Shown in pieces: positions 1-8,928 of a stretch of 64,000 nucleotides of DNA. The DNA is from an uncultured Bacillota bacterium (lineage in GTDB: Bacteria > Bacillota_I > Bacilli_A > RF39 > UBA660), in NCBI GenBank assembly GCA_948466255.1, contig CAOJZV010000006.1, forward strand, positions 2,521 to 66,520. Reading direction: 5' to 3'. Every line of letters starts with the position of its first letter. The first letter of the stretch is position 1. Made by a program: the position numbers and the translations under genes. Under the pieces are notes generated by a model. That model was not told the DNA's origin. It did not search any database and was given only the letters and a program-made list of their open reading frames with translations.

Positions 1-1121
1 AGTGATTCGGTCATACCATATCCTTGAGATATTTTGGCATTACATCCATGCTTTTTTAAGTATTCATTTACTTTATTATTTAAAGATTCAGATAGACTAT
101 CTCCACCACATACTACATATCTGACATTTGATAAATCTAAATTTTTAACATTATTACAATTTGTAAGGGCTTCAAATAAAGTAGGGACACCAAAGATTAG
201 ATTTGGTTTTGTTTTTTGAATTAGTTTATCAAACTCTCTTGAGTTAAATTGAGGGATCAATATCACTTTAGCACCAAAACATAGTGGAGTATGTGTACAA
301 ACTCCTAAACCAAACCCATGGAATAATGGGAGAATTGTAAGCATGGCATCACCAAGTTTATACTGTGTAAGAAAGATTTTTGCTTGTTCAACAAGGGCGT
401 TAAAATTGCCATTACTTAAAACAATTCCTTTTGGATCACCAGTTGTTCCTCCAGAGTGTAATATAACAGCAGGGGTATCTTTTGATCCTTGAAATGTTTC
501 TATATTTTCTTTTGTTCTTCCATTTTTTATAAATTGTTTCCAAAAAACATATTTTCCTTCATTATTTTTTGGTTTTACAACTTTTCTTCCTTGCGTTAAT
601 TCATAGCCAACATTTAATAAAAGAGGCATTGAATCTTTTGCTGATACGATGATTACATTTTGAACATTAGTTTTATCCAAAATATTATTTATTTTTTCAT
701 AACAAAGATCTATTGTTACTAAAGCTTTGGCATGATTGTTTATTAGGTAATTTTTTATTTCCTCTTCAGCAGATAGTGGGTGTATCATATTTGCGATGGC
801 ACCTAATTTATTTAGGGCATAAAATGCAATTACAGCTTCTGGAGTGTTGGCCATACAAATGGTTACAACATCTTTTTCTCCTATACCTAGTTTTTTAAAG
901 GAATTTGCACATGTATTTATTTCCTTAAGTAATTTTTTATATGTTGTTTTTTTCCCAAAATATTCTAAAGCTGGCATTTTTGGATATGTGTTTGCAGTGT
1001 CTTCAAAATATTCATAAATTGTTTTGTTACTTACTTTGATGGTTTCATCACCTTTTTTATAATATTTGTGCCATGGAGCATTTGGCTTTTTTAGTCTTTT
1101 TATTTTGTCGATAAGTTCCAT
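1..1121 (-). CDS. AMP-dependent synthetase/ligase (acyl-CoA synthetase-like); the C-terminus runs off the window edge
   Basis: Absent from the ORF track because it is truncated. Manual minus-strand translation from the ATG (complement of 1119-1121) gives MELIDKIKRLKKPNAPWHKYY. It contains the AMP-binding signature LHSGGTTGDPKG, and GYGMTES sits at the window edge. Confidence 0.8.
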   Translation of the reverse strand, partial: MELIDKIKRLKKPNAPWHKYYKKGDETIKVSNKTIYEYFEDTANTYPKMPALEYFGKKTTYKKLLKEINTCANSFKKLGIGEKDVVTICMANTPEAVIAFYALNKLGAIANMIHPLSAEEEIKNYLINNHAKALVTIDLCYEKINNILDKTNVQNVIIVSAKDSMPLLLNVGYELTQGRKVVKPKNNEGKYVFWKQFIKNGRTKENIETFQGSKDTPAVILHSGGTTGDPKGIVLSNGNFNALVEQAKIFLTQYKLGDAMLTILPLFHGFGLGVCTHTPLCFGAKVILIPQFNSREFDKLIQKTKPNLIFGVPTLFEALTNCNNVKNLDLSNVRYVVCGGDSLSESLNNKVNEYLKKHGCNAKISQGYGMTES

Positions 1122-1124
1122 GTG

Positions 1125-1709
1125 TTACCTTCTTTCTATAATCATTGTATTAATTTTTTCTCTTAATTTGTCAGTTTCTTTGATAAAATCATTAGTTTGT
1201 ACAGTGTATGGCTTTTCAAAGGTTATGGTTATACCTTTTCCAAATATATTATATTTTCCTATAATACAAAAAGGAATAATTTCGCTTTCTGTTTGATAAG
1301 ACATTCTAATGGCACCTTTTTTAAACGGTAAGGTAGGTTCTTTTTTTTCTCTATTGATAGTGCTTTCTGGGAAAATACCAATTATTTCATTGGCTTCTAA
1401 AACTTTAATTGCCTCATTATAGGCTTCTTGATTTTGCTTTGCTTTTCTATCTACAGGAATTATTCCCATGTTTTTAAATATAATTCCTAATGGACCTTTT
1501 GTTAATTCTACTTTAGCTAAAAAATGTACTGTTCTTTTGGTACAAGAAATTAATAAAAGGCTGTCTAAAATATTTGTATGATTTCCTGCTAAAATTATTT
1601 TATCTTTTTTGGGAATATTTTCTTTTCCTATTATATGTGGATGAAAGAAAATTTTAAATAATATGGTTATTATGGGCCTTACTATTCTATATAAAAGTGG
1701 CTGTTTCAT
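1125..1709 (-). CDS. plsC: 1-acyl-sn-glycerol-3-phosphate acyltransferase family protein
   Basis: 194-aa ORF with the HX4D acyltransferase motif (NHTNILD) and a downstream FPE(S/G)T-like box (IFPESTINRE). It abuts the acyl-CoA ligase gene. Confidence 0.75.
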   Translation of the reverse strand: MKQPLLYRIVRPIITILFKIFFHPHIIGKENIPKKDKIILAGNHTNILDSLLLISCTKRTVHFLAKVELTKGPLGIIFKNMGIIPVDRKAKQNQEAYNEAIKVLEANEIIGIFPESTINREKKEPTLPFKKGAIRMSYQTESEIIPFCIIGKYNIFGKGITITFEKPYTVQTNDFIKETDKLREKINTMIIERR

Positions 1710-1987
1710 ACTATCACCTATTTATAATTATACATTAAATATAGTTAGATATCAATTAGCGAAGGGGGTTTAAATATTAAATATGTTTTTCTTTTTGATA
1801 AGTAATTATAATGGTTATTTATTTTACTTATTAAAGGGTTAAATGATTTAATGCTTAGAAACCTTAGTATTAATATGGATTTTATTGTATCGATTAGTTC
1901 TTTTCAATTAACAAAAATCAAATGAAAAATGATGATAATTAAAAAACAAGATAAAAGTTTTTTGCCTTTATATGTATTTAGTTAATA

Positions 1988-2016
1988 TTGACAATAGATA
2001 GTTTTTCCTTTAAAAT
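1988..2016 (+). promoter_or_regulatory. Putative sigma-A promoter of gpsB
   Basis: TTGACA (1988-1993), a 17-nt spacer, then TAAAAT (2011-2016), about 25 nt upstream of the gpsB start. Confidence 0.45.
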
Positions 2017-2041
2017 GTAAAATAGGAAAAGAGGGATGCTC

Positions 2042-2362
2042 ATGTATCAAGAAAGAATTATTCTTACACCAAAGGATATTTTAGAAAAAGAGTTTAAAAT
2101 CGATACAAGAGGATATAGACCACAGGAAGTTGATAAGTTTTTAGACACCATCATTAGTGATTATGAAGAAATGTTTGCACTTATGCGTGAATATGAAAGG
2201 GATAAAAAATCGTTAATTGATGAAAATATGCGTCTAAAACAGGAAATTAGAAGTTTACGTACTAAACTTGATGTAGCTTCTGAGACTAGTGGTGGCGTAA
2301 GCAATGTTGACTTACTTAGAAGATTATCTAATTTAGAAAAAATTATTTATGGCGATAAATAA
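2042..2362 (+). CDS. gpsB: Cell-cycle protein GpsB (DivIVA-domain)
   Basis: The N-terminus LTPKDILEKEFKIDTRGYRPQEVDKFLD is the DivIVA/GpsB lipid-binding domain, and a coiled coil follows. The second ATG (2042) is better spaced from the AGAGGG SD than the track start at 2036. Confidence 0.8.
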   Translation: MYQERIILTPKDILEKEFKIDTRGYRPQEVDKFLDTIISDYEEMFALMREYERDKKSLIDENMRLKQEIRSLRTKLDVASETSGGVSNVDLLRRLSNLEKIIYGDK

Positions 2363-2714
2363 TATTTTGACAAACGCTGCATTCTTTGTAATGTAGAGGA
2401 AAGTCCATACTTGCACAGTCTGTGATGACTGTAGTGATTGTGCATAGGGAAAAAATAACCTATGGCAGATTTTATCTGACGACGTTTGATGGCCTAAGGA
2501 ATTTTCTATGGCCTAGAACATAAAGTGCCGCAGTGACGAATCTTTTAGAAATAAAAGAGTGAAACGTGGTAAACTCCGCAAGCAAGCAACCCAAATTATG
2601 GTAGGGGAACCTAATAGAAGAGAATTAAGAATTTTCTATGGGACTGGTTTTACCGGTAGATAGATGTTTGTCACCTAGAAATAGGTACAGAATATGGCTT
2701 ATAAAATATTATTT
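2357..2714 (+). ncRNA. rnpB: RNase P RNA, type B (Bacillus-type)
   Basis: Universal GAGGAAAGTCC box at ~2395. Conserved blocks AAAGTGCCGCAGTGACGAA, GGTAAACTCC...CAACCCAAATTATGGTAGGGGAACC, GGTAGATAGATG and ACAGAATATGGCTTA are present. The P1 helix is AAATAATATTTT (2357-2368) paired with AAAATATTATTT (2703-2714). The ends are approximate. Confidence 0.9.
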
Positions 2715-2739
2715 TGTTTATAATAAGGAAGGTAAGGAT

Positions 2740-3207
2740 ATGAAGGAAATTGGAGAGCAGTTAAAAACGGCTCGTGAGGGCATCGGTGTTTCAATTGAAG
2801 AAGTAGCCGAAGATTTAAAAATTAGACCAACGCAAATTGAAAATATCGAGGCAGGAAATTCTGAAGCTTTCGATGATGTATTTTATCTGAAATATTTTAT
2901 TCGCGATTATGCAAAATATTTAGGGTTAAATAAAGAAGATTTAGTGGATGAATTTAATGAATATTTATTTGATTATACTTCTAGACTTTCTTTAGACGAT
3001 ATAAAAATGGCAACTAAAGAAAAGAAACCAGCTAAGGCGGTTAAGTCACCATATACTATTGATAAAAGAAATAAAGCTAAAATGATTCCGTTTTTAGTTT
3101 ATGGTTTGATTGTAGCTTTAATAGTGGTTATTGTTTATTTTGTTATTACGTTAAATATAGTAGATGATGATTTTGAGGAAGGGACTGTCATAACTGACAG
3201 AGGTTAG
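2740..3207 (+). CDS. rodZ: RodZ-like cytoskeleton protein (XRE-type HTH plus one TM helix)
   Basis: MKEIGEQLKTAREGIGVSIEEVAEDLKIRPTQIENIEAGN is the RodZ/YmfM HTH, and a C-terminal TM helix follows. The gene order rodZ-pgsA-recA-rny matches Bacillus. The track start at 2638 would overlap rnpB, so the ATG at 2740 with a GGAAGGTAAGG SD is preferred. Confidence 0.75.
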   Translation: MKEIGEQLKTAREGIGVSIEEVAEDLKIRPTQIENIEAGNSEAFDDVFYLKYFIRDYAKYLGLNKEDLVDEFNEYLFDYTSRLSLDDIKMATKEKKPAKAVKSPYTIDKRNKAKMIPFLVYGLIVALIVVIVYFVITLNIVDDDFEEGTVITDRG

Positions 3208-3215
3208 GAGGATTT

Positions 3216-3818
3216 ATGAACACACCTAATAAATTAACAATGTTTAGAATATTTTTGACATTTGTAATAATTGCACTTTTATTATTTCCGTTTTCAGCAA
3301 TGGATATAAATGTTACTCAATTATTTATTAATGAATCATTAAGAGTAGATATTAGATATTTAATTGCGGGTATTTTATTTATTATTGCATCTTTAACTGA
3401 TTTTGTTGATGGCTATATTGCAAGGAAATATAATATGGTTACTGATTTTGGAAAAATGATGGATGCGATTGCGGATAAAATTTTAGTAAATGCGATTTTA
3501 ATTATTTTATGTGCACAAGGATTTATTCATCCAATTATTCCTGTAGTAATTATTTTAAGAGATACTTTTGTAGATAGTATTAAAATGGTTGCTGGTAATA
3601 AGGGTAATGTTGTTGCTGCTAGTAAACTTGGTAAGGTTAAAACGGCTACAATGATGGTAGGGTTAGTTTTAACTTTATTCTATAATTTACCATTTGAACT
3701 TTGGAATCTTAGGGTTTCTGATTTCTTATTAATTTTAGCAACTATCTTATCAGTTATTTCAGGAATTCAATATTATTTAGCAAATAAACATTTATTATTT
3801 GAAGATATGAGGGCCTAA
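3216..3818 (+). CDS. pgsA: CDP-diacylglycerol--glycerol-3-phosphate 3-phosphatidyltransferase
   Basis: CDP-alcohol phosphatidyltransferase motif DGYIARKYNMVTDFGKMMDAIADK in a multi-TM protein. Confidence 0.85.
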   Translation: MNTPNKLTMFRIFLTFVIIALLLFPFSAMDINVTQLFINESLRVDIRYLIAGILFIIASLTDFVDGYIARKYNMVTDFGKMMDAIADKILVNAILIILCAQGFIHPIIPVVIILRDTFVDSIKMVAGNKGNVVAASKLGKVKTATMMVGLVLTLFYNLPFELWNLRVSDFLLILATILSVISGIQYYLANKHLLFEDMRA

Positions 3819-3856
3819 GGCCTTTTTTCTTTTGGAAAAATTTACTAGACACTTTT

Positions 3857-3870
3857 TGAACAAATGTTCG
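3857..3870 (+). promoter_or_regulatory. LexA operator (Cheo box) upstream of recA
   Basis: TGAACAAATGTTCG matches the Gram-positive SOS box CGAAC-N4-GTTCG at 13 of 14 positions. It lies immediately upstream of the recA promoter. Confidence 0.75.
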
Positions 3871-3879
3871 GAAAAAGTA

Positions 3880-3908
3880 TTGACATTTGTTTTTAGATAG
3901 TATAAAAT
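3880..3908 (+). promoter_or_regulatory. Putative recA promoter
   Basis: TTGACA (3880-3885), a 17-nt spacer, then TAAAAT (3903-3908). Confidence 0.5.
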
Positions 3909-3945
3909 GTAATCATAGGAGTTTCAAAGTAAGGAGGAAAATAAA

Positions 3946-4965
3946 ATGGCAAAGACTGCTGATACTGATCAAAATTTAAAACAGGTTTTATCTGATATAG
4001 AAAAACAATTTGGGAAAGGGTCAATTATGCGTTTAGGAGATGATGAAAAACGTGAAATTGATGTTGTACCTAGTGGAAGTATTGCGCTTGATGTTGCGCT
4101 TGGAATCGGAGGTTATCCAAAAGGGAGAATTATAGAAATATATGGACCTGAATCTAGTGGTAAAACTACTTTCGCATTACATGCGATTGCAGAAGCTCAA
4201 AAACAAGGTGGAAAGGTTGCATTTATTGATGCAGAGAACTCATTAGATCCCCAATATGCTGAAAGATTAGGAGTTAATATTAATGATTTATTATTATCGC
4301 AACCTGATAATGGTGAACAAGCTTTAGAAATTGCTGAAGCTTTAGTTAGAAGTGGGGCAATTAGTGTTATTGTAATTGATTCTGTTGCAGCTTTAGTTCC
4401 ACAAGCTGAAATTGAAGGTGAAATGGGTGATTCCCACGTTGGACTTCAAGCTAGACTTATGAGTCAAGCTTTAAGAAAATTAGCTGGAATTATCAACAAA
4501 ACTGGAACTGTGGCTATATTTATTAACCAATTACGTGAAAAAGTGGGAGTTATGTTTGGGAATCCAGAAGTTACTCCTGGTGGACGTGCACTTAAATTCT
4601 ATTCTTCTATAAGACTTGAAATTAGAAGAAGTGAACAAATTAAAATGGGAACTGATATTATTGGTAATAAAACTAATATTAAAGTGGTTAAAAATAAAAT
4701 GGCCCCTCCATTTAAAACTTGTTCTGTAGATATTATGTATGGAACTGGTATTTCTATGGAAGGTGAACTTATTGATTTAGGTGCCGAGGCTAATATTTTA
4801 GAAAAATCTGGTGCATGGTATGCATATAAAGGTGAAAAAATTGGCCAAGGTAAAGAAAATGTTAAAGAATATTTGAAATCTAATCCTAAAGTTAAGGAAG
4901 AAATTAATAAAAAGGTTCGTGAATATTTTAATATTACTAAAGCAAGTGAAAAAGAAAGTAAATAG
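3946..4965 (+). CDS. recA: Recombinase RecA
   Basis: Walker [10 protein letters not shown], plus [14 protein letters not shown] and the rest of the canonical RecA sequence over its full length. Confidence 0.98.
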   Translation: MAKTADTDQNLKQVLSDIEKQFGKGSIMRLGDDEKREIDVVPSGSIALDVALGIGGYPKGRIIEIYGPESSGKTTFALHAIAEAQKQGGKVAFIDAENSLDPQYAERLGVNINDLLLSQPDNGEQALEIAEALVRSGAISVIVIDSVAALVPQAEIEGEMGDSHVGLQARLMSQALRKLAGIINKTGTVAIFINQLREKVGVMFGNPEVTPGGRALKFYSSIRLEIRRSEQIKMGTDIIGNKTNIKVVKNKMAPPFKTCSVDIMYGTGISMEGELIDLGAEANILEKSGAWYAYKGEKIGQGKENVKEYLKSNPKVKEEINKKVREYFNITKASEKESK

Positions 4966-4973
4966 TTTTAAGC

Positions 4974-4999
4974 AATATGTTTATACATATTGTTTTTTA
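4974..4999 (+). terminator. Intrinsic terminator after recA
   Basis: CAATATG / CATATTG stem with a 6-nt loop, followed by T6. Confidence 0.6.
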
Positions 5000-5130
5000 T
5001 TTATGCTTTTTTTAATTATTGTTAATAAATGGCTTGTTCTGTTATTTATTTTTCTTGACTTATTTAGTAATCCCTTATAAAATAGAATTAGGTGATGAAA
5101 TATGTCACTTATAGTTATGGAGGTAATAAT

Positions 5131-6684
5131 ATGACAAATAGTATTTTCTCCATTTTGCTAGTTATAATTGGACTTTTTGTAGGTATTATCTTAATGATAA
5201 TTTTAAGTTATGTAAAAGGGTCAAATGCTTCTAGAAAAGCAACTGCATCTATTGAAAAAGCTAAAAAAGAAGCTGATAAAATTAAACGTGATGGTATTTT
5301 AGAAGCTAAAGAAGAAGCACATAGATTAAAAACTGAACTTGATAAAGAAATTAAAGAGAAAAAACAAGAAATGAAGGAATCTGAAGAACGCCTTTTGTCT
5401 CGTGAAGAAAGCATGGATAGAAGAGATCAAATGCTTCAAAATCGTGAGCAATTACTTGATGAAAAAGAAAATAATTTAAACCAAAAACAAAAAGATATTC
5501 AAGACAAGCAAGTGGAGCTTGATAATGCAAAAAATGAACAAATAAAAGAACTTGAAAAAATTGCAGGGTATTCTAAGAAGGAAGCCCGCGAAGTTATTAT
5601 GAAAAAGGTTGAAGAAATGATGGATTTAGAAATTTCTTCATACATTAAAGAACGTGAAGCTGAAGCTAAATTAGACGCAGATAAAAAAGCTAAAACAATG
5701 ATGGTTTCAGCTATGCAAAAGTATGCATCTGATGTAGCTAATGAACAAACTGTTACAGTAGCTACTTTACCTAACGATGAAATGAAAGGTCGTATTATTG
5801 GTAGAGAAGGTAGAAATATTCGTACTATTGAGGCTGTTACTGGTGTTGATTTGATTATTGATGATACTCCTGAAGCTATTGTTTTATCTAGCTTCGACCC
5901 TTATCGTAGGGAAATTGCTAAAATAACTTTAGATACTCTTATTAAAGATGGACGTATTCATCCAGGTAGAATTGAAGAAGTTTATGATAAAACAGTTAAA
6001 GAAATGAAAGCTAAATTACTTGAATTAGGTGAAAATGCTTTATTTGAACTTGGTATTACTAAAATGGATCCTGAAATCATTGAGTTGCTTGGAAAACTTA
6101 ATTTTAGAACTAGTTATGGGCAAAATGCTTTACAGCATTCTTTAGAAGTCGCTACTTTATCTGGGCTACTTGCAGCTGAATTAGGTGAAAATGTTAGCTT
6201 AGCTAAAAGAGCTGGATTATTACATGATATCGGAAAAGCTATTGATCATGAGGTTGAAGGTAGTCATGTAGAAATTGGGGTTAAAATTGCGACTAAATAT
6301 GGCGAAAGTGATGATGTTATTAATGCAATTGCTTCTCACCATGGTGATACTGAAGCTACTAGTGTTATTTCAGTTTTAGTTGCTATTGCTGATGCTTTAT
6401 CAGCATCACGTCCTGGCGCTAGAAATGATTCTTTAGAAAATTATATTCAAAGATTAAATGAACTTGAAAATATTGGTAATGAAATTCCTGGAGTTGAAAA
6501 GTCATTTGCTGTCCAAGCAGGAAGAGAATTACGTGTAATTGTTAAACCAGAAGATATTAATGATTTAGAAAGCTTTAAAGTGGCTAGAGAAGTTAAAGAT
6601 AAAATTGAATCTACATTACAATATCCTGGAACAATAAAAGTTGTAGTTATTAGAGAAACTAGAGCAACAGAAGAAGCTAAATAA
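5131..6684 (+). CDS. rny: Ribonuclease Y
   Basis: N-terminal TM helix, a long coiled coil, a KH domain ([12 protein letters not shown]) and an HD domain (LLHDIGKA...HH). The start at ATG 5131 follows a GGAGG SD. Confidence 0.95.
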   Translation: MTNSIFSILLVIIGLFVGIILMIILSYVKGSNASRKATASIEKAKKEADKIKRDGILEAKEEAHRLKTELDKEIKEKKQEMKESEERLLSREESMDRRDQMLQNREQLLDEKENNLNQKQKDIQDKQVELDNAKNEQIKELEKIAGYSKKEAREVIMKKVEEMMDLEISSYIKEREAEAKLDADKKAKTMMVSAMQKYASDVANEQTVTVATLPNDEMKGRIIGREGRNIRTIEAVTGVDLIIDDTPEAIVLSSFDPYRREIAKITLDTLIKDGRIHPGRIEEVYDKTVKEMKAKLLELGENALFELGITKMDPEIIELLGKLNFRTSYGQNALQHSLEVATLSGLLAAELGENVSLAKRAGLLHDIGKAIDHEVEGSHVEIGVKIATKYGESDDVINAIASHHGDTEATSVISVLVAIADALSASRPGARNDSLENYIQRLNELENIGNEIPGVEKSFAVQAGRELRVIVKPEDINDLESFKVAREVKDKIESTLQYPGTIKVVVIRETRATEEAK

Positions 6685-6700
6685 TAGCTTCTTTTTCTTT
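6671..6700 (+). terminator. Intrinsic terminator after rny
   Basis: AAGAAGC / GCTTCTT stem spanning the stop codon, followed by a T-run. Confidence 0.5.
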
Positions 6701-6878
6701 ACGTTTTTAGACTTTGACAGTTATAGTTTGCTTTCTTCACAATTATATTACCTTTGCGTTTTTAATATCATAACTTCTTTGATGTAAAGATTATGAAATG
6801 TAAATTAATTAGATAATAAAAATTTAGCATGATATATAGAATTTAAAAAGGAAAAAAGAACATATATTAGTTCTTTTT

Positions 6879-7259
6879 TTAATTTTCTGGATTTTCAAGG
6901 GCAGTTGCGCCATCACCCATAAAAGCAACATATAAAACTATAATGGCGGATAGTAAACTTAAAATACCGGCATCTATTTGTAAATTGGCGGTTTTTAAAT
7001 CTAGATTATGTTCTTCTTTTATACCTTTATCTATATAGTTGATGTATAAAAATCCAATTGAGATTATGAGCGCTAATGTTCTGTTTAATTTTAAAAGGTC
7101 TTCAGATGTTTTGTTTGTATATAATGGTTTTTTCTTTTCGTGAATCAAGATTTGATTATAAGTTAAAGTTAGTGAAACTATAAGAGTAAAAATAAATAAT
7201 AGTGAAAGTCCAAATTGCCATCTTAATAGTTTTGCTTCTTCTAAATCATAATTTGTCAT
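6879..7259 (-). CDS. Hypothetical membrane protein
   Basis: 126-aa ORF with 3 predicted TM segments. Its start overlaps the stop of the upstream deacetylase gene by 4 nt. No recognisable motif. Confidence 0.5.
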   Translation of the reverse strand: MTNYDLEEAKLLRWQFGLSLLFIFTLIVSLTLTYNQILIHEKKKPLYTNKTSEDLLKLNRTLALIISIGFLYINYIDKGIKEEHNLDLKTANLQIDAGILSLLSAIIVLYVAFMGDGATALENPEN

Positions 7260-8476
7260 TCGTTTTCTCTAAGTTGTTTTAATTCTAAAAGTTCACTGAC
7301 AGTCACAAACTTATAACCTTTATCTTTTAAAGCTTTAACTACCGAATCAATGGCATTTGCGGAATATTCGTGATTATCGTGCATTAATATTATACTGCCA
7401 TCTTTTACATTAGGAATTATATTATTTATTATTTTTTCTTTCTTTTTTACTTTCCAGTCAGATGAATCAACATCCCAAAGTATAAAGGTTAGGTCCGTGT
7501 ATGACTTTAATCTATCTGAATATCCACCATAAGTTGGCCTAAATACTTTTGGGGATATGCCAGTTATCTTTTGTACTTTTTCTTGGGTTTTGTTTAATTC
7601 TTCTTGAAATTCTTGTTTTGATAATCTGTTTAGCCATTTGTGATTATAAGAATGGTTCCCTATTTCATTACCTTCATTTACCATTCTTTGTAATGTTTCA
7701 TTATAAAACTCTACTTTATTACCAATAACAAAGAAAGTTCCGCAGGCATCATATTTTTTTAATGTATCTAATATTTTTGTGGTATATTTACTTGGGCCAT
7801 CATCAAAGGTTAATGCTACAACTTTATCATCATAGTCAATATTCTTCTTTTTAATTTTAATATAGTTATCTGTATTTTCTGTTTTATCTATATCTATTAA
7901 TAATTTCAAAGAATTTAAAGGGATATCTAAATATATTAATTCTTGTCTATTATCTTTTGATGTTTGCATACCTAAATAGAGGGTTAAATTTTCATCATCA
8001 AAAGTAAAATAATCATAGCTAACATTAGTAAGAGATTCTATATCGCTATCTCTATATTTTTCTAATAATTGTTTTTTAATATTATAATCTAAAGCATCTA
8101 GATCTTTGATTATATCTTCCATAGTTAAAAAACTTTTGGTTTTTTTATTATAGGTAAAGGTTTTGATTTTATTTATTTTTTTATCTGCATTTATTTCTGT
8201 ATTTAAACTAACATTAACTATATCATCATTTAGTTCTTTATATGTATATGAAATATTTAATTCTGGATTTTTATAATTTTTGTATTCTTTTTTAAAATTG
8301 GTGCGAGTTTTATTTATGTATGAAGTTATGGCATCATCTAGAATGTTTATTCCAGTTACAGGGTAGTTAATGGCAATTAATTCGTCATCACTTATAGTGG
8401 TTTTTATTTCTTTTTTATTACAGCCAGTTATTAGTAATATAGCTAAGCATAGAAATAGTAACATTGTTTTTTTCAT
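7256..8476 (-). CDS. Polysaccharide deacetylase (NodB) family lipoprotein
   Basis: Lipobox LLITGC follows the MKKTMLLFLCLAI signal. The C-terminal NodB domain contains FDDGPSKYTTKILDTLKKYDACGTFFVIG and HSYNH. Confidence 0.8.
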   Translation of the reverse strand: MKKTMLLFLCLAILLITGCNKKEIKTTISDDELIAINYPVTGINILDDAITSYINKTRTNFKKEYKNYKNPELNISYTYKELNDDIVNVSLNTEINADKKINKIKTFTYNKKTKSFLTMEDIIKDLDALDYNIKKQLLEKYRDSDIESLTNVSYDYFTFDDENLTLYLGMQTSKDNRQELIYLDIPLNSLKLLIDIDKTENTDNYIKIKKKNIDYDDKVVALTFDDGPSKYTTKILDTLKKYDACGTFFVIGNKVEFYNETLQRMVNEGNEIGNHSYNHKWLNRLSKQEFQEELNKTQEKVQKITGISPKVFRPTYGGYSDRLKSYTDLTFILWDVDSSDWKVKKKEKIINNIIPNVKDGSIILMHDNHEYSANAIDSVVKALKDKGYKFVTVSELLELKQLRENE

Positions 8477-8928
8477 AAAATTCACCTAAATAATTATATG
8501 CTTGTCAGATAGGATTATGTACGTATAAAAAGCGAACATTTTACCTTTTGAGTTGTAATATAATAAGTCTCTTTTGGTTTTTTCTTTTTTTACGAAAAAA
8601 TTAGTTTTTAGTTTTTTTGCTTTTTGTCAAAAATGGATTTTTTTCTTTTTTTAAAAGTAACATTTTGTTATTGAAAATAGCTATTTTCTTTGAAATTAAA
8701 GGGTAAAGTGGATAAAAATGGCATTTTTGGTGTTTTTGCCAAAAAACAAAAAAATTAAAAAATGACAAGTTTACATTTTTTAAAAAAATAAATTTTTACG
8801 ATTTTTGTTAGAAATAAAGGGCTTGTGAAAGAGGGTGAAAAAAAGTTTGAAAAAAGCGAACATTTTCTATTGACGTTTAGTCTAAAAAGTGGTTATAATT
8901 GTATTACAAGATAGGGAGGACATGAAGT

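Noticed and set aside
34-1296. Three plus-strand ORFs from the track (34-219, 713-898, 1066-1296)
   Set aside because: They lie antisense to a well-supported AMP-ligase CDS and the plsC end. Their translations are low-complexity with no motifs and no SD. They are treated as shadow ORFs.
2638-2739. N-terminal extension of the rodZ ORF proposed by the track
   Set aside because: This stretch is the 3' third of the RNase P RNA (GGTAGATAGATG...ACAGAATATGGCTTA and the P1 strand). An internal ATG at 2740 has a proper SD and starts exactly at the conserved RodZ HTH.
5208-5414. Antisense 68-aa ORF inside rny. The same applies to similar antisense or alternate-frame ORFs at 13701-13889, 14016-14198, 16829-17575, 21580-21822, 22427-22836, 28072-28568, 29933-30348, 32960-33175, 33491-33709, 35635-35868, 38333-39134, 39772-39990, 43201-43803, 48010-48768, 55748-55987, 61710-61931 and 63460-63699.
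   Set aside because: All are nested in or opposite to longer ORFs with clear family signatures. Their compositions are typical of AT-rich shadow frames (L/I/F/S/K-rich), and none has an SD.
8823-8840. Rex or NrdR operator upstream of nrdD
   Set aside because: Only a TTGTGAA half-site is present. The partner half (TTCACAA) and the NrdR-box palindromes are absent.
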